A stretch of 64,000 nt of DNA from NCBI GenBank assembly GCA_043228905.1, contig JBHGNT010000005.1, positions 14,508,001 through 14,572,000 on the forward strand. The letters run 5' to 3'. Positions 50,901 to 63,291 of this stretch are shown here, one piece after another; the stretch's first letter is position 1; every line of letters begins with the position of its first letter. Both the position numbers and the translations under genes were made by a program. The DNA is from Azolla caroliniana. Taxonomy: Eukaryota; Plantae; Polypodiophyta. Below the pieces are notes generated by a model, which did no database searches, was not told the DNA's origin, and worked only from the letters and a program-made list of their open reading frames with translations.

Positions 50901-51480
50901 GGATCATTTGGAGAGGCTACGCAAGATCCAGATGGATCTCTCTACTCACCTTCGTCATGCTCAACACACACAGAAGACTTATGCGGATCGTCATCGGATT
51001 CCCTCCTCTTTTGCCATCGGAGATCGAGTATGGCTCTTACGTCGTCACATCAAGACTACTCGACCGTGCGACAAGTTGGATTATCGACGACTCGGTCCTT
51101 TCCGTATTACGGGGAAGATTAATGATGTCACCTTCCGCCTTGATCTCCCTCCGCAGCTTCAGATACATCCGGTTTTCCATTGTTCTCTTCTTGAACCTTA
51201 TAAAGCAAACACCATTCCCGATCGTGTGACACCACCGCCGCCCCCACTGGAGTTGGACGCCGGCCCGGAGTATGAAGTTGCTGCCATCCTCGATTCCAAA
51301 CTTGTTCGCAACAAACTCTATTACTTGGTCGATTGGCTCGGTTATAGTCCGAGCGAACGTACTTGGGAACCCGTCGAAAATGTTGCCAATGCACAAGATC
51401 TTCTTGCTGATTTCCACCGAAAGTATCCGGACAAACCCGGTCCGCAAGTAGCGCTGACTCGTTCCACTCGTCGTCTTTAA
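47899..51480 (+). CDS. pol: Intact Pol (PR-RT-RH-INT-chromodomain), expressed by predicted -1 frameshift
   Basis: 1190-aa open frame without a proper ATG start; all catalytic motifs present. Confidence 0.93.
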   Translation, partial: VKRLSPAKIGAIWLDSSPRSVQPISGSIPSKQVSNVFLAQVIVSTKSTPPVPVLALLDSGANSCFMDRNFAQASQISLRKLPCPASVVVIDGRPIASGNIVEESEPIQVVLGSFVCIISFNIISSPEHPIVLGLPWLELHNPAIDWRTREVRYRPPQESTRRVSTISLHQLREEGPKEAMFLFSISVHPSSTTKKDSSVQLPAKYHPYADVFDKVKAGTLPHHRPYDCPIDLQPGTEPPWGPIYNLSPTELEVLRAYIEENLASGFIRHSKSPAGAPIFFVKKKDGSLRLVIDYRGLNKVTIRNRYALPLISSLLERVNGAKFFTKIDLRGAYNLVRIRPGDEWKTAFRTRYGHFEYTVMPFGLTNAPAVFQHMANDIFRDLLDICLIIYLDDLLIYSKTQEEHDSHVLLVLKRLRENGLYAKLEKCSFDCKQVEFLGYVISSKGIAMDPAKIQTVLEWQIPRSVRDVQCFLGFANFYRKFIQDYSKIILPLTQLTKKGQAFLWSIEADMAFRHLKKAFTSAPILAHVDTRKPFIMEADASDFALGSILSQQGDKEELHPVAFHSRKFDVAEINYEIHDKELLAIVDSFVQWRHFLEGSPHQVIVFSDHKNLAYFQNARVLNRRQARWAQFLTRFDFKITYRPGKQQGKADALSRRSYLAPRPGEATFDNQKQVILGPTRLHTTRIFHTPMDSRITDDIRATLKTDSFAQDILAHIDTSRASCSQSQQPGIDYRQFEYHDGLLFFKKRVYVPDCSCRLQIVQHCHDTHTAGHFGSTKTLELVQRSFWWPHMRRFVDDYVRTCDACCRAKMPRHRPYGLLEPLPIPSKPWQSICLDFITDLPVSKGFDAILTVVDRYTKMAHFVPCTKAITSEETAALVMREVFRHHGLPDSIISDRGPQFVSKFWQHLFKMLKVSCNLSSGYHPQTDGQAERTNQTLEQYLRCFLSYQQDDWAEILHFAEFAYNNAIHSSTRVSPFFAYTGFHPRWSVIDTPELPTNPRAEDHLERLRKIQMDLSTHLRHAQHTQKTYADRHRIPSSFAIGDRVWLLRRHIKTTRPCDKLDYRRLGPFRITGKINDVTFRLDLPPQLQIHPVFHCSLLEPYKANTIPDRVTPPPPPLELDAGPEYEVAAILDSKLVRNKLYYLVDWLGYSPSERTWEPVENVANAQDLLADFHRKYPDKPGPQVALTRSTRRL

Positions 51481-51926
51481 GGGGGAGATAGTGTCATGAG
51501 ATGGAAAGACTCGAACCCATGACCTTATGGTATATGGGTCGAGCTCTTAACCATCTCACCATCTATTGTAATTCATAGAATATTATTTTCATTTATGTTT
51601 TATTATAAGAAAGTAATGTATATTCCAGATTTCTCTGGAACATTCTAGAAGCTTCAGGATTATTCCTGAGAACACTATAAAAGAAGGCACTAAGCATTAT
51701 GTTGAACCAAATTGGTTCAACACCAGTCTTAAGCCTCTTAGTCGATTTGTACTTATCTTTCATATAATATAAGAGCTGCTGTCATCATCCTATTTTCTCT
51801 CTCTCTCTCCTCTTCTCACTTCCTCTCTCTCGGGAATCTTACGCAGTCCCGTCCTCTTAGTACTAATAGTACTACTCTTCTTAGTACTAATTCCATCTCT
51901 GTTTTAGTACTATTCCTGACAGAGGC

Positions 51927-54826
51927 TAGACGATGAAGGCTACACGGGTAGCATCCGGAACGGTGTCATGAAGTTCAGCAAAGGGAGCCTGATAGTGGCT
52001 CGGGCCCGGAAGATCAACACACTGTACCTGATGAATTCCCGGCTATGTCCGGAGGAGCTGAACGTGGCAGCTGACACTGCCGGTGAGCTGTGGCACAAAA
52101 GACTGTGCCACATGAGTGAGAAGGGGATGAAGAGGCTTGCAGAAGACAACCTTATTCCAGTGAAGCATGTGCACCTGGAGAAGTGCACCGATTGCCTGGC
52201 CGGTAAGCAGAACCGAACCTCCTTCCACTCAAGGCCACCGACGAGACGTAGCGCACCATTGGAGTTGGTGCATACTGATGTGTGTCAGGTAGAAACAAAG
52301 TCACATGGCGGAGCCCAGTACTTCGTGACATTCATTGATGATCACAGCCGGAAGCTATGGACGGCACCGCTGAAGACAAAGGACCAAGTGTTGTGCGTCT
52401 TCAAAGAACTCCACGCGAGAGTGGAAAGGGAATCCGGCAAGAAGCTGAAAGCGATACGAGCGGATAACGGAGGGGAATACCGGGGGCAGTTCCAGGAGTA
52501 CTGTCGCTCGAAGGGAATCCGGCTCGAGTTTACTGTGCCGAAGACGCCGGAACTAAATGGGCTGGCCGAGAGGATGAACCGGACCATAATGGAGAGGGTC
52601 CGGAGTATGCTGGCACATGCGAAATTACCCAAGGGATTTTGGGCTGAGGCAATGTCGACGGCGACATATGTGATAAACAGATCACCCTCAGTACCTTTGG
52701 ACGGAGACACGCCGCAGAGAGTGTGGACCGGTAAGGAAGTGTCCTACCGGCATCTGAAGGTGTTCGGGTGTCTCGCATACGTGCATGTGGCAAAGGACCG
52801 GAGAGGAAAGCTAGACCCAAAGACCCGGCCATGCATATTCCTCGGTTACGGCGACGACGAGTTCGGCTACCGAGTATGGGACCCGGTCGACAAGAAGATA
52901 TTCAGGAGTCGAGACATCATCTTCATGGAGGACAAGACACTCGCCGACTGGGAGTCGGAGAAGAAGACGAAGAGCTCCAAGTCAACCGGTGAGGATCAAC
53001 TCTACGAAGAGCCGTCCCGACCGGCAAGGGACCGGTTAGCACTCGAGGATCCGGCCGAAGACGGTGAAGAAACAGAACCAGCCGAGGAAGATGTAACAGA
53101 TACCGGAACCGGCCCCGATCCCGAAATGGATTCGGATGAAGAGGAAACGGAGGAGCCGGTTACCGAAGCTCCGGAACGGAGATATCCTCTAAGAGAGAGA
53201 AGGGCCCCCCGGAGATTTCCGGAACCAGAGCACGTGCTGCTAACCGACGAGGGGGAGCCGGAGAGCTTTGAAGAAGCGAAGCATGACACCCATAGCCGCA
53301 GGTGGTTAAGTGCCATGCAGGAGGAGATGGATTCCCTGCATGAGAACCACACATATGAACTTGTGGAGTTGCCTAAAGGAAAACGGGCACTCCGTAACAA
53401 GTGGGTGTTCAAGCTGAAACCGGGAGATGCCGGAAACCCCCCGAGATACAAAGCCAGGATCGTGGTGAAGGGGTTCCAGCAGAAGAAGGGCGTCGACTTT
53501 GACGAGATATTTGCCCCGGTAGTGAAGATGACCTCCATCCGGACGGTGCTGAGCATAGCGGCAAGCATGGACCTCGAGGTAGAACAGATGGACGTGAAGA
53601 CGGCATTTCTTCACGGTGACCTCGAAGAAGAGATCTACATGCAGCAACCGGAAGGATTCGAGACGAAAGGGAAGGGGCACCTGGTATGCCGGTTGAAGAA
53701 GAGCCTTTACGGACTGAAGCAGGCTCCCCGGCAATGGTACCGGAAGTTCGACTCTTTCATGACCGACGAAGGGTACCACAAAACGCAGTCCGATCACTGC
53801 GTGTTTGTGAAGAAGTTCGAAGGAGGAGACTCTCTAATACTCCTCCTGTACGTGGACGACATGTTGATCGTCGGACGGGACCAGGTCAAGATACGGATGC
53901 TGAAGAAAGCGCTTCACCGAACCTTCTCAATGAAGGACCTGGGTCCGGCGAGGCAAATACTAGGGATGCACATCATCCGGGACCGGAAGAAGAAGCAGTT
54001 GTGGCTGTCACAGGAGAAGTATGTGACAAAGGTGCTTCATCGGTTCAACATGTCGGAAGCAAGACCGGTCGGTTCAACCCTCCCGGCAAACTGCAAGTTG
54101 TCCAGCAAGCAAAGCCCCAAGACAAAGGCTGAGAAAGAGGACATGATGAAAGTACCATATGCCTCTGCCGTCGGAAGCTTGATGTACGCAATGGTGTGTA
54201 CAAGACCGGACATAGGATATGCAGTCGGAGTGGTGAGCCGGTACATGAGCAATCCCGGCAAGGAGCACTGGAACGCGGTTAAGTGGATACTCCGATACCT
54301 GAAGGGCACGGCAAACGTGTGCCTCCGATTCGGCTCCGGAAAGCCCGAACTCGACGGATTTACCGATTCGGACATGTCGGCTGATGCGGATACCAGCCGG
54401 TCTACATCAGGGTATGTAATGACATACGCAGGGGGAGCTGTTTCGTGGCAGTCGAGGTTGCAGAAGACGGTTGCGTTGTCAACCACGGAGGCGGAGTACA
54501 TGGCGGCTGTTGAAGCCGGCAAGGAAATAATTTGGATGAAGGACTTCATTAGAGAGCTCGGTATCCGGCAGGAGGAGTACCGGCTCTACTGCGATAGTCA
54601 GAGTGCCATCCACCTTGCGAAGAACGCGGCCTACCATTCCCGGACGAAACACATCCAGCGTAGATACCACTGGATCCGGGAAAGGATAGAAGATAAAGAG
54701 CTCGTACTGACGAAGGTCCACACGGACGAGAACGGGTCGGATATGCTGACCAAGGTGCTCACACCCGACAAGCTGGAAGCATGCCGGAGGAGGATCGGAT
54801 TGGAGAGACATCCCATGCCGAAGTGA
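51927..54826 (+). CDS. Copia integrase-RT-RNase H (remainder of the interrupted polyprotein)
   Basis: 952-aa ORF almost identical to the 34201-38277 product. Confidence 0.92.
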
Positions 54827-55607
54827 AGGGGGAGTTTGTTGGGATTTCGGTCCCTCCGGATGGGATGTCCGGAAATGAATGACGGCAAGCCCGGTTGCGT
54901 TTACGGAACCGGAGGATGAAGAGTACCCGGCATGAAGCCGGATGAAGAAGACCCCGGCTACGGAGCCGGATGATGAAGACCCCGGCTACGGAGCCGGATG
55001 ATGAAGACCCGGCATGAAGCCGGATGAAGAAGACCCCGGCTACGGAGCCGGATGATGAAGACCCCGGCTACGGAGCCGGATGATGAAGACCCCGGCTACG
55101 GAGCCGGATGAAGAAGACCCCGGCTACGGAGCCGGATGATGAAGACCCCGGCTACGGAGCCGGATGCGGGGACATATTTGTGAATATGTTTGCCAAGGGC
55201 CCTTGAGGCTATATTTGTAAATAGCCCGAAAGTCATATGTGTATAAATATGACTTAGGGCAAACAGTTTGTTGTTGTTGCTCACTTTTCTGTTTTCCACG
55301 AAGAGGGAGCGAAGTGAGAGCAGCCGAGAGAGAGAGACGAAGAGGTCGTTGCCTCTGTGTATTACCGCCGCCTGTGGCGAAGATAGTGGAGCTCAAGGTT
55401 GTTGCCTTGTAGCTTCACCATTGTACATCTCTGTTTTAGTGATAGTTGGAGTTTGAGGACTCCCGTGGTTTTTTCCCATTTAGGGTTTTCCACGTAAAAC
55501 ATCCAGTGTACTCTTCTCTCTATTGTCTTCGTGCATTTTGTATTTCCTGTTTTCTGCGAGTAGATCCTATTCCTCGGTTGTGGCCGAGCGCTGTCTCGAA
55601 CAGGTTC

Positions 55608-57455
55608 ACCTACAACCATGCAACCACACATACCATCTGCTTTGTTTTCAACATGCCTGTCGAATTGTTGCATTCTGTTTGGGAGATTGTAGTACAACTC
55701 TACCAAATGAGTGGAGAAAACTAACAGGTATACCATACTGTAGCTAATAAGCTTAGTCTTTTCTAATTAGCTAAGCCGTAAAAAGTATGGAAACTATTTT
55801 GCTGCTATCGTTGTAGCTAATTAGCTACTACCATAGTTGATTAAAGCAGCTAATAGCTATCCTATTAGTTAATTAGCTACTGTCATAGTTTACTATAGTA
55901 GTTAATTAGGTAAGTGGCAGCTAGTTCGCTACTAGCTAATTAGCTATCCTACTGGCAGCTAATTAGCTAATGCCAGCTAGTTAGCTACTAGCTAATTAGC
56001 TACTCATAGCTAATTAGCTAGCACCATAGTTGTGTAAAGTAGCTAATTAGCTATCCTCCTAGCTAATTAGCTACTGGCCGCTAATGAGCTACTAGCTAAT
56101 TAGCTATCCTAGTAGCTAATTAGCTATGGTACTAGCTAATTAGCTAGTACCATAGTTGTGTAAAAAAGCTAATTAGCTATCCTACTAGCTAATTAGCTAC
56201 TGGCAACTAATTAGCTATCCTAGTAGCTAATTAGCTATCCTACTAGCTAATTAGCTACTGCCATAGTTGTGTAAAGTAGTTAATAAGATATCCTAGTAGC
56301 TAATTACCTACTAGCAGCTAATTAGCTATCCTAGTATCTAATTAGCTAGTACCATAGTTGTGTAAAAAAGCTAATTAGCTACTAGGATAGCTAATTAGCT
56401 ACTGGCAACTAATTAGCTATCCTACTAGCTAATTAGCTATCATAGTAGCTAATTAGCTACTGCCATAGTTGTGTAAAGTAGCTAATAAGCTATCCTAGTA
56501 GCTAATTAGCTACTAGCAGCTAATTAGCTATCCTAGTAGCCAATAAGCTATCCTAGCTACTAGATAGTTGAGAAAGTAGCTAATTAGCTATCATTGTAGC
56601 TAATTAACTACCCTAGTAGCTAATTAGCTATCCTAGATACTACCATAGTTAGTAAAGTAGCTAATTAGCTATCCTAGCTACTACCATAGTTGAGTAAAGT
56701 AGCTAATTAGCTATCCTAGCTACTACCATAGTTGAGTAAAGTAGCTAATTAGCTATCCTAGCTACTACCATAGTTGAGTAAAGTAGCTAATTAGCTATCG
56801 TACTAGCTAATTAGCTATCCTAATTAGCTATCGTACTAGCTAATTAGCTATCCTAGCTTCTACCATAGTTTAGTAAAGTAGCTAATTAGCTATCCTAAAT
56901 AGCTGCTATGTTATTGTAGAATCTTGTGGATTAAGGACGGCACATGATGTGTCTGGTGCTGATGACGCTGCAACAGATGAGGATACTACTGCCAACGTGG
57001 CTGAAAGTAAGAGTCCTGCTATCACATCTCCTTCAGATCAACTCCACCCTATTCTTTTGGAACAGTGTACTGAATTAGGCAACGATGTGAAATGCCATGA
57101 AATAGTGGAAACAACATGTAAAACTGAGGTTCACAACAACAGTGTTTATGAACACTTGATGCAACATTTCTTCGAATCTCAAGACCTTGATTCCACCCCA
57201 TCGAGCCCAACTACTGAAAATGTCCAAACAGATCCCTCTGTACTTGAAAAGCTAGTTCAAGAAACGGCTGATGTGCAATTAGCTGCTGAGGCGATGGGAA
57301 GGTTGTCGAAGGAGGACACACTTGCGCATTGGGTGAAAGAAGTAAGGCTAAATGGGGAACCGACCAGGAAAAGGCTGAAGAAGGGGCCACGATCGGGAAC
57401 AAGACCAGTTACTCGGTCAAGGGGCCCAGACGTAGTGGAGCGAAATACTGTTTAG
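55608..57455 (+). pseudogene. Sola accessory gene, continuation (second half of RING; intron 55728-56919; acidic exon)
   Basis: HLQPCNHTYHLLC...CLGDC in frame with the pre-insertion exon; ACAG|GTATAC donor and TTGTAG|AA acceptor are phase-compatible with ORF 56949-57455. Confidence 0.65.
55740..56905. repeat. Palindromic TAGCTAATTAGCTA minisatellite (intronic)
   Basis: Dozens of copies of the 14-bp perfect palindrome with variable spacers. Confidence 0.95.
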
Positions 57456-57704
57456 TTGGATATGATTGTTAGCTTAGGGATTTTGCTAGGGTTTTATGAA
57501 GTTTTACTATCCTGTTGGACAAGTAAAACCTCAGATTGGTTGTTGCTTGATCCACATTATGTAATGGCACTCTATGATGTTTTTCCAAGATAATTTGAAG
57601 AGTGTTGTTCTATGACTGAAACTCTTTGATGTTCAGGATGTTGTTTTGTGAGACTGTTAGTTACTTTGTGAGTGTGAATATGTTGGTGTTTTCTGATGTT
57701 GTAG

Positions 57705-58681
57705 AGTCTAAAGGGTTTGATTCTATTGCTCGTAAGGCCAATGGCAGTGTGGATACTGTTGATGTTGCGGCATGTTTAAAGGGCCCCATCTTGAAAGTAG
57801 ATGTAGCAACTGACACAAGTGATCTGGTCACACAAGTTGATCAAGCATGTTGCACGGATGACTTGGTGTTGCAGGTAGATGCAACATGTGATACCAGTGG
57901 ACTGATATCGAGCAGATCAGTAGCTACATGCACCGAGGTAATCCAAGGATTGATAACTAAGTCGACAAAACAAGAGCACTAGAATGTGAAGCCAGGCCCA
58001 ACACAGTTGACTAGGGGTTTGAAGAGGAAAAGGACGCCAGTTGTGTCGGCCGAACCTGAGCTGATTGAGATTGATCGTATCCTACCAGAAAATGGTGTAA
58101 CAGCGGGTCAGTTTCAGGAATGGAAACCTAAACCACTAGAAGTCAAAAGAAGAGCCTTGATCTTGGAGCTTGATAAAGTCTTGATGAGTGTGAGATATAT
58201 GCAGCCAAGGAGGGACGCGAATCAGTTTCTAGAGTGGGTTGTGCAATACTTTGATTTGTTTATTTGGAGTGAAAAACCAAAATCAGATGTGTGGAAGTGT
58301 TTGGCAAGATTCTTCCCAAAATGGCGAAGTCATTTTAAAGGTCAATGGGCATGAGAAAATTGTGAGCAAATGGAAGCTGCAAGATTCAAGAGACTTTCTG
58401 ATTTTTGGGCTACTTGGCCTGAATATAATGCCGACAATACATTGATTTTGGATACAAAACATTTCCGGCACTACTTCAATATTCGGAGATGCTGTCTCAT
58501 TCTACCCAAGGAAATGCTTGAACAGTACCTGGTGCAAACAATGAGCTGCCAACTAGGTGCATGGTTGTGGACTCCATACCGAGCTCGATATGCGGATAAT
58601 ATATGTAGACTCGTTCCACTGACTAGCAAGAGCTTAGCTGTTTATAGGAGATTTGTAGACATTTCCAATGGTAATTTATAA
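57705..58681 (+). pseudogene. FCP1/NIF (HAD-superfamily)-like domain with altered catalytic motif
   Basis: One reading frame with 2 stops; ALILELDKVL, PRRDANQFLEW..YFDLFIWS, FKRLSDFW..Y..DNTLILDT mirror NIF motifs. Confidence 0.6.
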
Positions 58682-59029
58682 ATATGTAAAGAGATGACAT
58701 TATTCAATGAAGAATTTAATTACTTGTTCCCACTGTACTTATCTACTGTGTAATTTGAGGAATATGTTGCAGATTGTTGATTTCATGCTATTGATGACTA
58801 TTTAGCTATTGACAGCTAATTAGTTGCATTTGTACAACTAATTAGCTACTGATGACTATTTCACTATAACTTATAACTTAAAACTTAACAAAAAACACAT
58901 GATTTTATTGAGAAAGAAGCACAGAAAGCAGATTGTATACAAGAAATTGATTCTCAAACGAATTTATTTAACTGTTTTCGCGAAATACATGTTTGTTTTA
59001 CAAGAGAACATGGTAAGTGCTACTTGTAG

Positions 59030-62000
59030 CTACAAATTCCATGGCATACTATTGTAAATACATTCATACACATTAGCACCAACAGTGTATAAACCTGAGC
59101 AGCTATTGTATTCTGACATTGGGACGTTGATGCACCTGACCAAATGAGAGTACCTGTACGCCACTGGTTTGTCTTCTAACAGCCTGTACACATATTCGTA
59201 GTCATCTAGTTTTGCATAAAAAATGCCTTCGATGTAGAATGTTCCGGCAGATACAAAATTTCCCCATGCATCTACAATATTCTGCCTTGCACATTGTTTA
59301 CTAACCGTGCACTTCAATATATAGAAATCAACACCCTCTGAATTGCCTTCTTCAGCATTTACAGCGAAGTTATCCCCAACGTTCAGGACATCACTCAAAG
59401 TATCTCCAAGTCCCTCATATGTGAAGTCAACATTCTGCCCTGTTTCTCCATCAACTGCTTCCTTATCATTCAGAGTGTGATACTCCCAATTCTGAATGTA
59501 TGCTTTGTTTAGACAATATCTCCATTTTCCCTGCACACAATGGAAGCAAAAACAAGTCAATTCTCTAACTGCAATACAATGACCATCCAACCTGGAATAA
59601 CCGCGAACAGCATGCAGAGATCACAATTCGGGAATTCCTTGGCACTCCCAGGTCTTCTCCCTATTTACTTCATCTATCTTCAGTTCCGAAAATTCACGTT
59701 TGATATCTCGAACTTGCGAGGAATAAACACCTGTTGCACTCGTTGACATATTTGTTCTTAAAAATTCAACTACATGTGATGCACAATTCATGTGCACACC
59801 ATCTATCTTTAGTTGTTCATGGGTAAGTGCCCCCTTTATAACAGCCCCTGCACCATCATGTTCACCTTTACCATGGCCAGACCCAAAAAAATTCCATCTC
59901 ATCTCCAAACTTGTTATAGTAGGATACCTCCCCACAAAATAAAATGGACATCGAGCCTTGAATTGTGACGCAGCTCCGTCAGACCAGACCCAATGTTGAG
60001 TAAGCTCCAAACGTTGAGCTAATAACCACTACCAATGTAACTTAAAACAGTGTTGGACGAACAAGGTATCATGCTTCTTATCATCGGAAATAAAGAAATG
60101 AATTACTTATTTAACATCACCTGAAACTCGAAAATATGTTATGTGCACAAAAATGGTTACATGAACTGAACACCAATGCATAGATTGAATTTCATTCTAC
60201 TGCTTGAAAGTATAATTCTCTGCGAAATCTACTACTGAGACTACTACATCATTTGGGAAATCAGATATGCAAGTCCTAAACTGATGGGCCTGCCATGAAT
60301 AAATGAAGTTGTGTTTAATGAACTTTCCTAGAGATACTACAAACAGAGACACCAAATCCCTTGGTTTAAGCATCTTCCGAACTAGATCCTTTCTTTTACA
60401 CACCTTTCCTTCGAAATTGGTGTTCACTGACTCAAAGAACTTCACAGAGATCAATATTTCACTACTCAATTCATTTGGACACCACCTAAATCTAGTAGGG
60501 CCACAATCTTGACATAAACCCATGACACATTTATGAATATGGAAGATAGCGTCAGTTTCTCTCGGACACAATATTGAATGTAATAAATAACTCATGGAAG
60601 AGATAAAGTGCTCAGATGATTTACACTCCTCTTGCGGGCTTGATCGACAGATTGGGCACCCACATGTGCAAACTGTATTAGTTAGGGATGCGCTATGGTG
60701 ACGTAGTAGATTAACAGAGTCCTTCAGAAAACCCATCTGTACATGGTAAATGCAACAACATGTGTATCGATCCTTTAAGCGTCTCACAAAGTGTGGCTTA
60801 AGAGACTCGAATGTTCGTAGTTGAACTTTGATAGTTGGATGCATTCGTTTGAACCTAATAAATAAATCGACCTGCGTAATAAAGGGGAATTAGTTATTCT
60901 CGTAACTAGCTAACTATCCTAGTAGCTATCCTAGTAGCTTATTAGCTATTCTAGTAGCTAATTAGCTATCATGGTAGCTAATTAGCTGTCCTAGTAGCTA
61001 ATTAGCTATCATGGTAGCTAATTAGCTGGTCTAGTAGCTAATTAGCTATCATGGTGGCTAATTAGCTTTCCTAGTAGCTAATTAGCTATCATGGTAGCTA
61101 ATTAGCTGGTCTAGTAGCTAATTAGCTGGTCTAGTAGCTAATTAGCTGGTCTAGTAGCTAATTAGCTATCATGGTAGCTAATTAGCTGGTCTAGTAGCTA
61201 ATTAGCTATCATGGTGGCTAATTAGCTATCATGGTAACTAATTAGCTTTCCTAGTAACTAATTAGCTATCATGGTAGCAAATTAGCTGGTCTAGTAGCTA
61301 ATTAGCTATCACGGTGGCTAATTAGCTGTCCTAGTAAGCTAATTAGCTATCATGGTAGCTAATTAGCTTTCCTAGTAGCTAATTAGCTGGTAATAATGAA
61401 ATAGCTAACTAGCTACCAGTACAACTAATTATCTGGTATTACCTAAATTAGCTATTGAGAATAGCTAATTAGCTATCATGGTAGTAGCTATTGAGAGTAG
61501 CCAGTTACCTATGTAGTAGCTATCCTAGTAGCTAACTGAGGTAAATGTAACTGATAAGCTAATTATCTTTTCTGCTAACTGAGCTAATTAACTTTCCGTG
61601 TAGAGTCAAAACAAATGTTGAGATAAATGTAAATACCTGAGGTACATCAAGAAGATGAATGGGATGCTCCTCGTATTGATTTCTTCCAACACGTTTCCTG
61701 CATAAATCCTTTTTATTGGGTGAAACCCTACTCGCATTAGTCCAAAACATTGTGATTACATCCTTGATTTCAAATGTTATGGGTGTCATTGGCTTACATC
61801 TTGTAGTTAGCTTTAGTAGCCTAGTTCCTTCACCTGAGGAAATTATACGGTTCATTGTATTGTACACTGTTTTTCTACTAACACCAATTACCTTAGATAG
61901 CTCACTGATGTTTATATCGTCAACATCACTATTAAGTAACATCATTAGACTAGACCTTTTTAAGACAAGATCATCTTCTGACCTGCTCATGGATACGAAA

Positions 62001-62386
62001 CTATTACGAAGATTATTTACTAAAATAAATGATATGTTTGCATTAAGACCATCACAATCAACTAAGTCCTTTATCGATGGATCATTACATATTCCATAAA
62101 GTACTACCTTCTTTTCTTCATTGCTGATGTGCTTGGTTTGAACATTGAAATAGTCTACAACCTTTCTCTCTATGATGGTAGTCACATTACTTACATTCTC
62201 AGCTAAACTATCCTTACCTTTACTGAGTGTGGCTTTCGTATCCTTCAACAATTGACGATGTTTCCTTTTTTTTTCGGCCCAATAGTTTCGTATGGCTTGT
62301 TGTGTCCTGATAGCATCATCCCTATCCTTATGATAATTGAGGGGTAATTCTAAACACCCTTCTTCCCCTTCCATTTGGCTGGACAT
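59030..62386 (-). pseudogene. Sola2-type transposase (exon 62386-61637, intron 61636-60872, exon 60871-59030); 3 premature stops and a frameshift
   Basis: FKRMHP..F..LKP, Cys-rich region, DFAENY..NEIQSMHW, ISDD..HD, WSDGAASQFK, WNFFGSGHGKGEHDGAGAVIK; CAG|GTAT...CGCAG|GTC splices in frame. Confidence 0.85.
60900..61590. repeat. 20-bp-period TAGCTAATTAGCT minisatellite in transposase intron
   Basis: Units TAGCTAATTAGCTATCATGG / TAGCTAATTAGCTGGTCTAG. Confidence 0.95.
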
Positions 62387-62714
62387 GTTAAAACCCTAAA
62401 TTTCCAGAAAAAAAAACAAGTATTTAAGATGGCTATGGGCAACAACAATACACAAAAATATTCCACAATACACAAGAGTAGACACAACAATACACAAGAT
62501 AATCAATAGACAGAAAAGTTATTGCAATCCAAGACCGAACAGTAGAGGAGTTCACTCCGTTGGATCGAACAGTTGAGGAGGCGATCCAAGACCGACCAAT
62601 GGCGACAACTGAGTGTAGAATGTTGCCGTTGGATGAGTGAACTCTGTCAAATCGAAATGTGGAAGCAATCCGGGACTGGACAATAGCGGCAATTGAGTGT
62701 AGAATGATGGCAAT

Positions 62715-63291
62715 GGAGGAGAGAACCCCGTTAGATTGAACAGTTACCGATGATGCTTGGAACGCACAGAGAAGGCACTTGAGAGTAGAGTGGCACAGAG
62801 AAGAGAACCCCATCAGATTGAACAGCTCTTTGATGATGCTTGAATGCACAGTAGCGGCCCCTGAGTGTAGAGTGGCAAAGAGAAGAGAACCCCGTCAGAT
62901 TGAACAGCTCTTTGAAGATGCTTGGAATGCACAGTAGCGGCCCCTGAGTGTAGAGTGGCACAGAGAAGAGAACCCCGTCAGATTGAACAACTCTTTGATG
63001 ATGCTTGGAACACACAGTAGCGGCCCCTGAGTGTAGAGTGGCACAGAGAAGAGAACCCCGTCAGATTGAACAGCTCTTTGATGATGCTAGGAATGCACAG
63101 TAGCGGCCCTTGAGTGTACAGTGGCACAGAGAAGAGAACCCCGTCAGATTGAACAGCTCTTTGATGATGCTTGGAATGCACAGTAGTGGCCCCTGAGTGT
63201 AGAGTGTCACAGAGAAGAGAGCCCCGTCAGATTGAGCAGCTCTTTGATGATGCTTGAACGCACAGTAGCGGCCCCTCAGTGTAGAGTGGCG
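62715..63291. repeat. ~7 x 83-bp tandem repeat upstream of the transposase
   Basis: (C/T)AGATTGA(A/G)CA anchors at 62732, 62814, 62896, 62979, 63062, 63145, 63228. Confidence 0.92.

Larger units (their letters stand above)
46255..51921 (+). mobile_element. Ty3/gypsy chromovirus (Tcn1-like), very recent
   Basis: 430-bp LTRs 46255-46684 and 51492-51921 identical by eye; TSD GAGGC; PPT AAGGGGGAGATAG. Confidence 0.97.
44230..55602 (+). mobile_element. Ty1/copia element (same family as 33570-38929), interrupted by chromovirus
   Basis: LTRs 44230-45049 and 54837-55602; TSD GGTTC; PBS TGGTATCAGAGC 45053-45064; PPT TGAAGGGGGAG. Confidence 0.97.
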
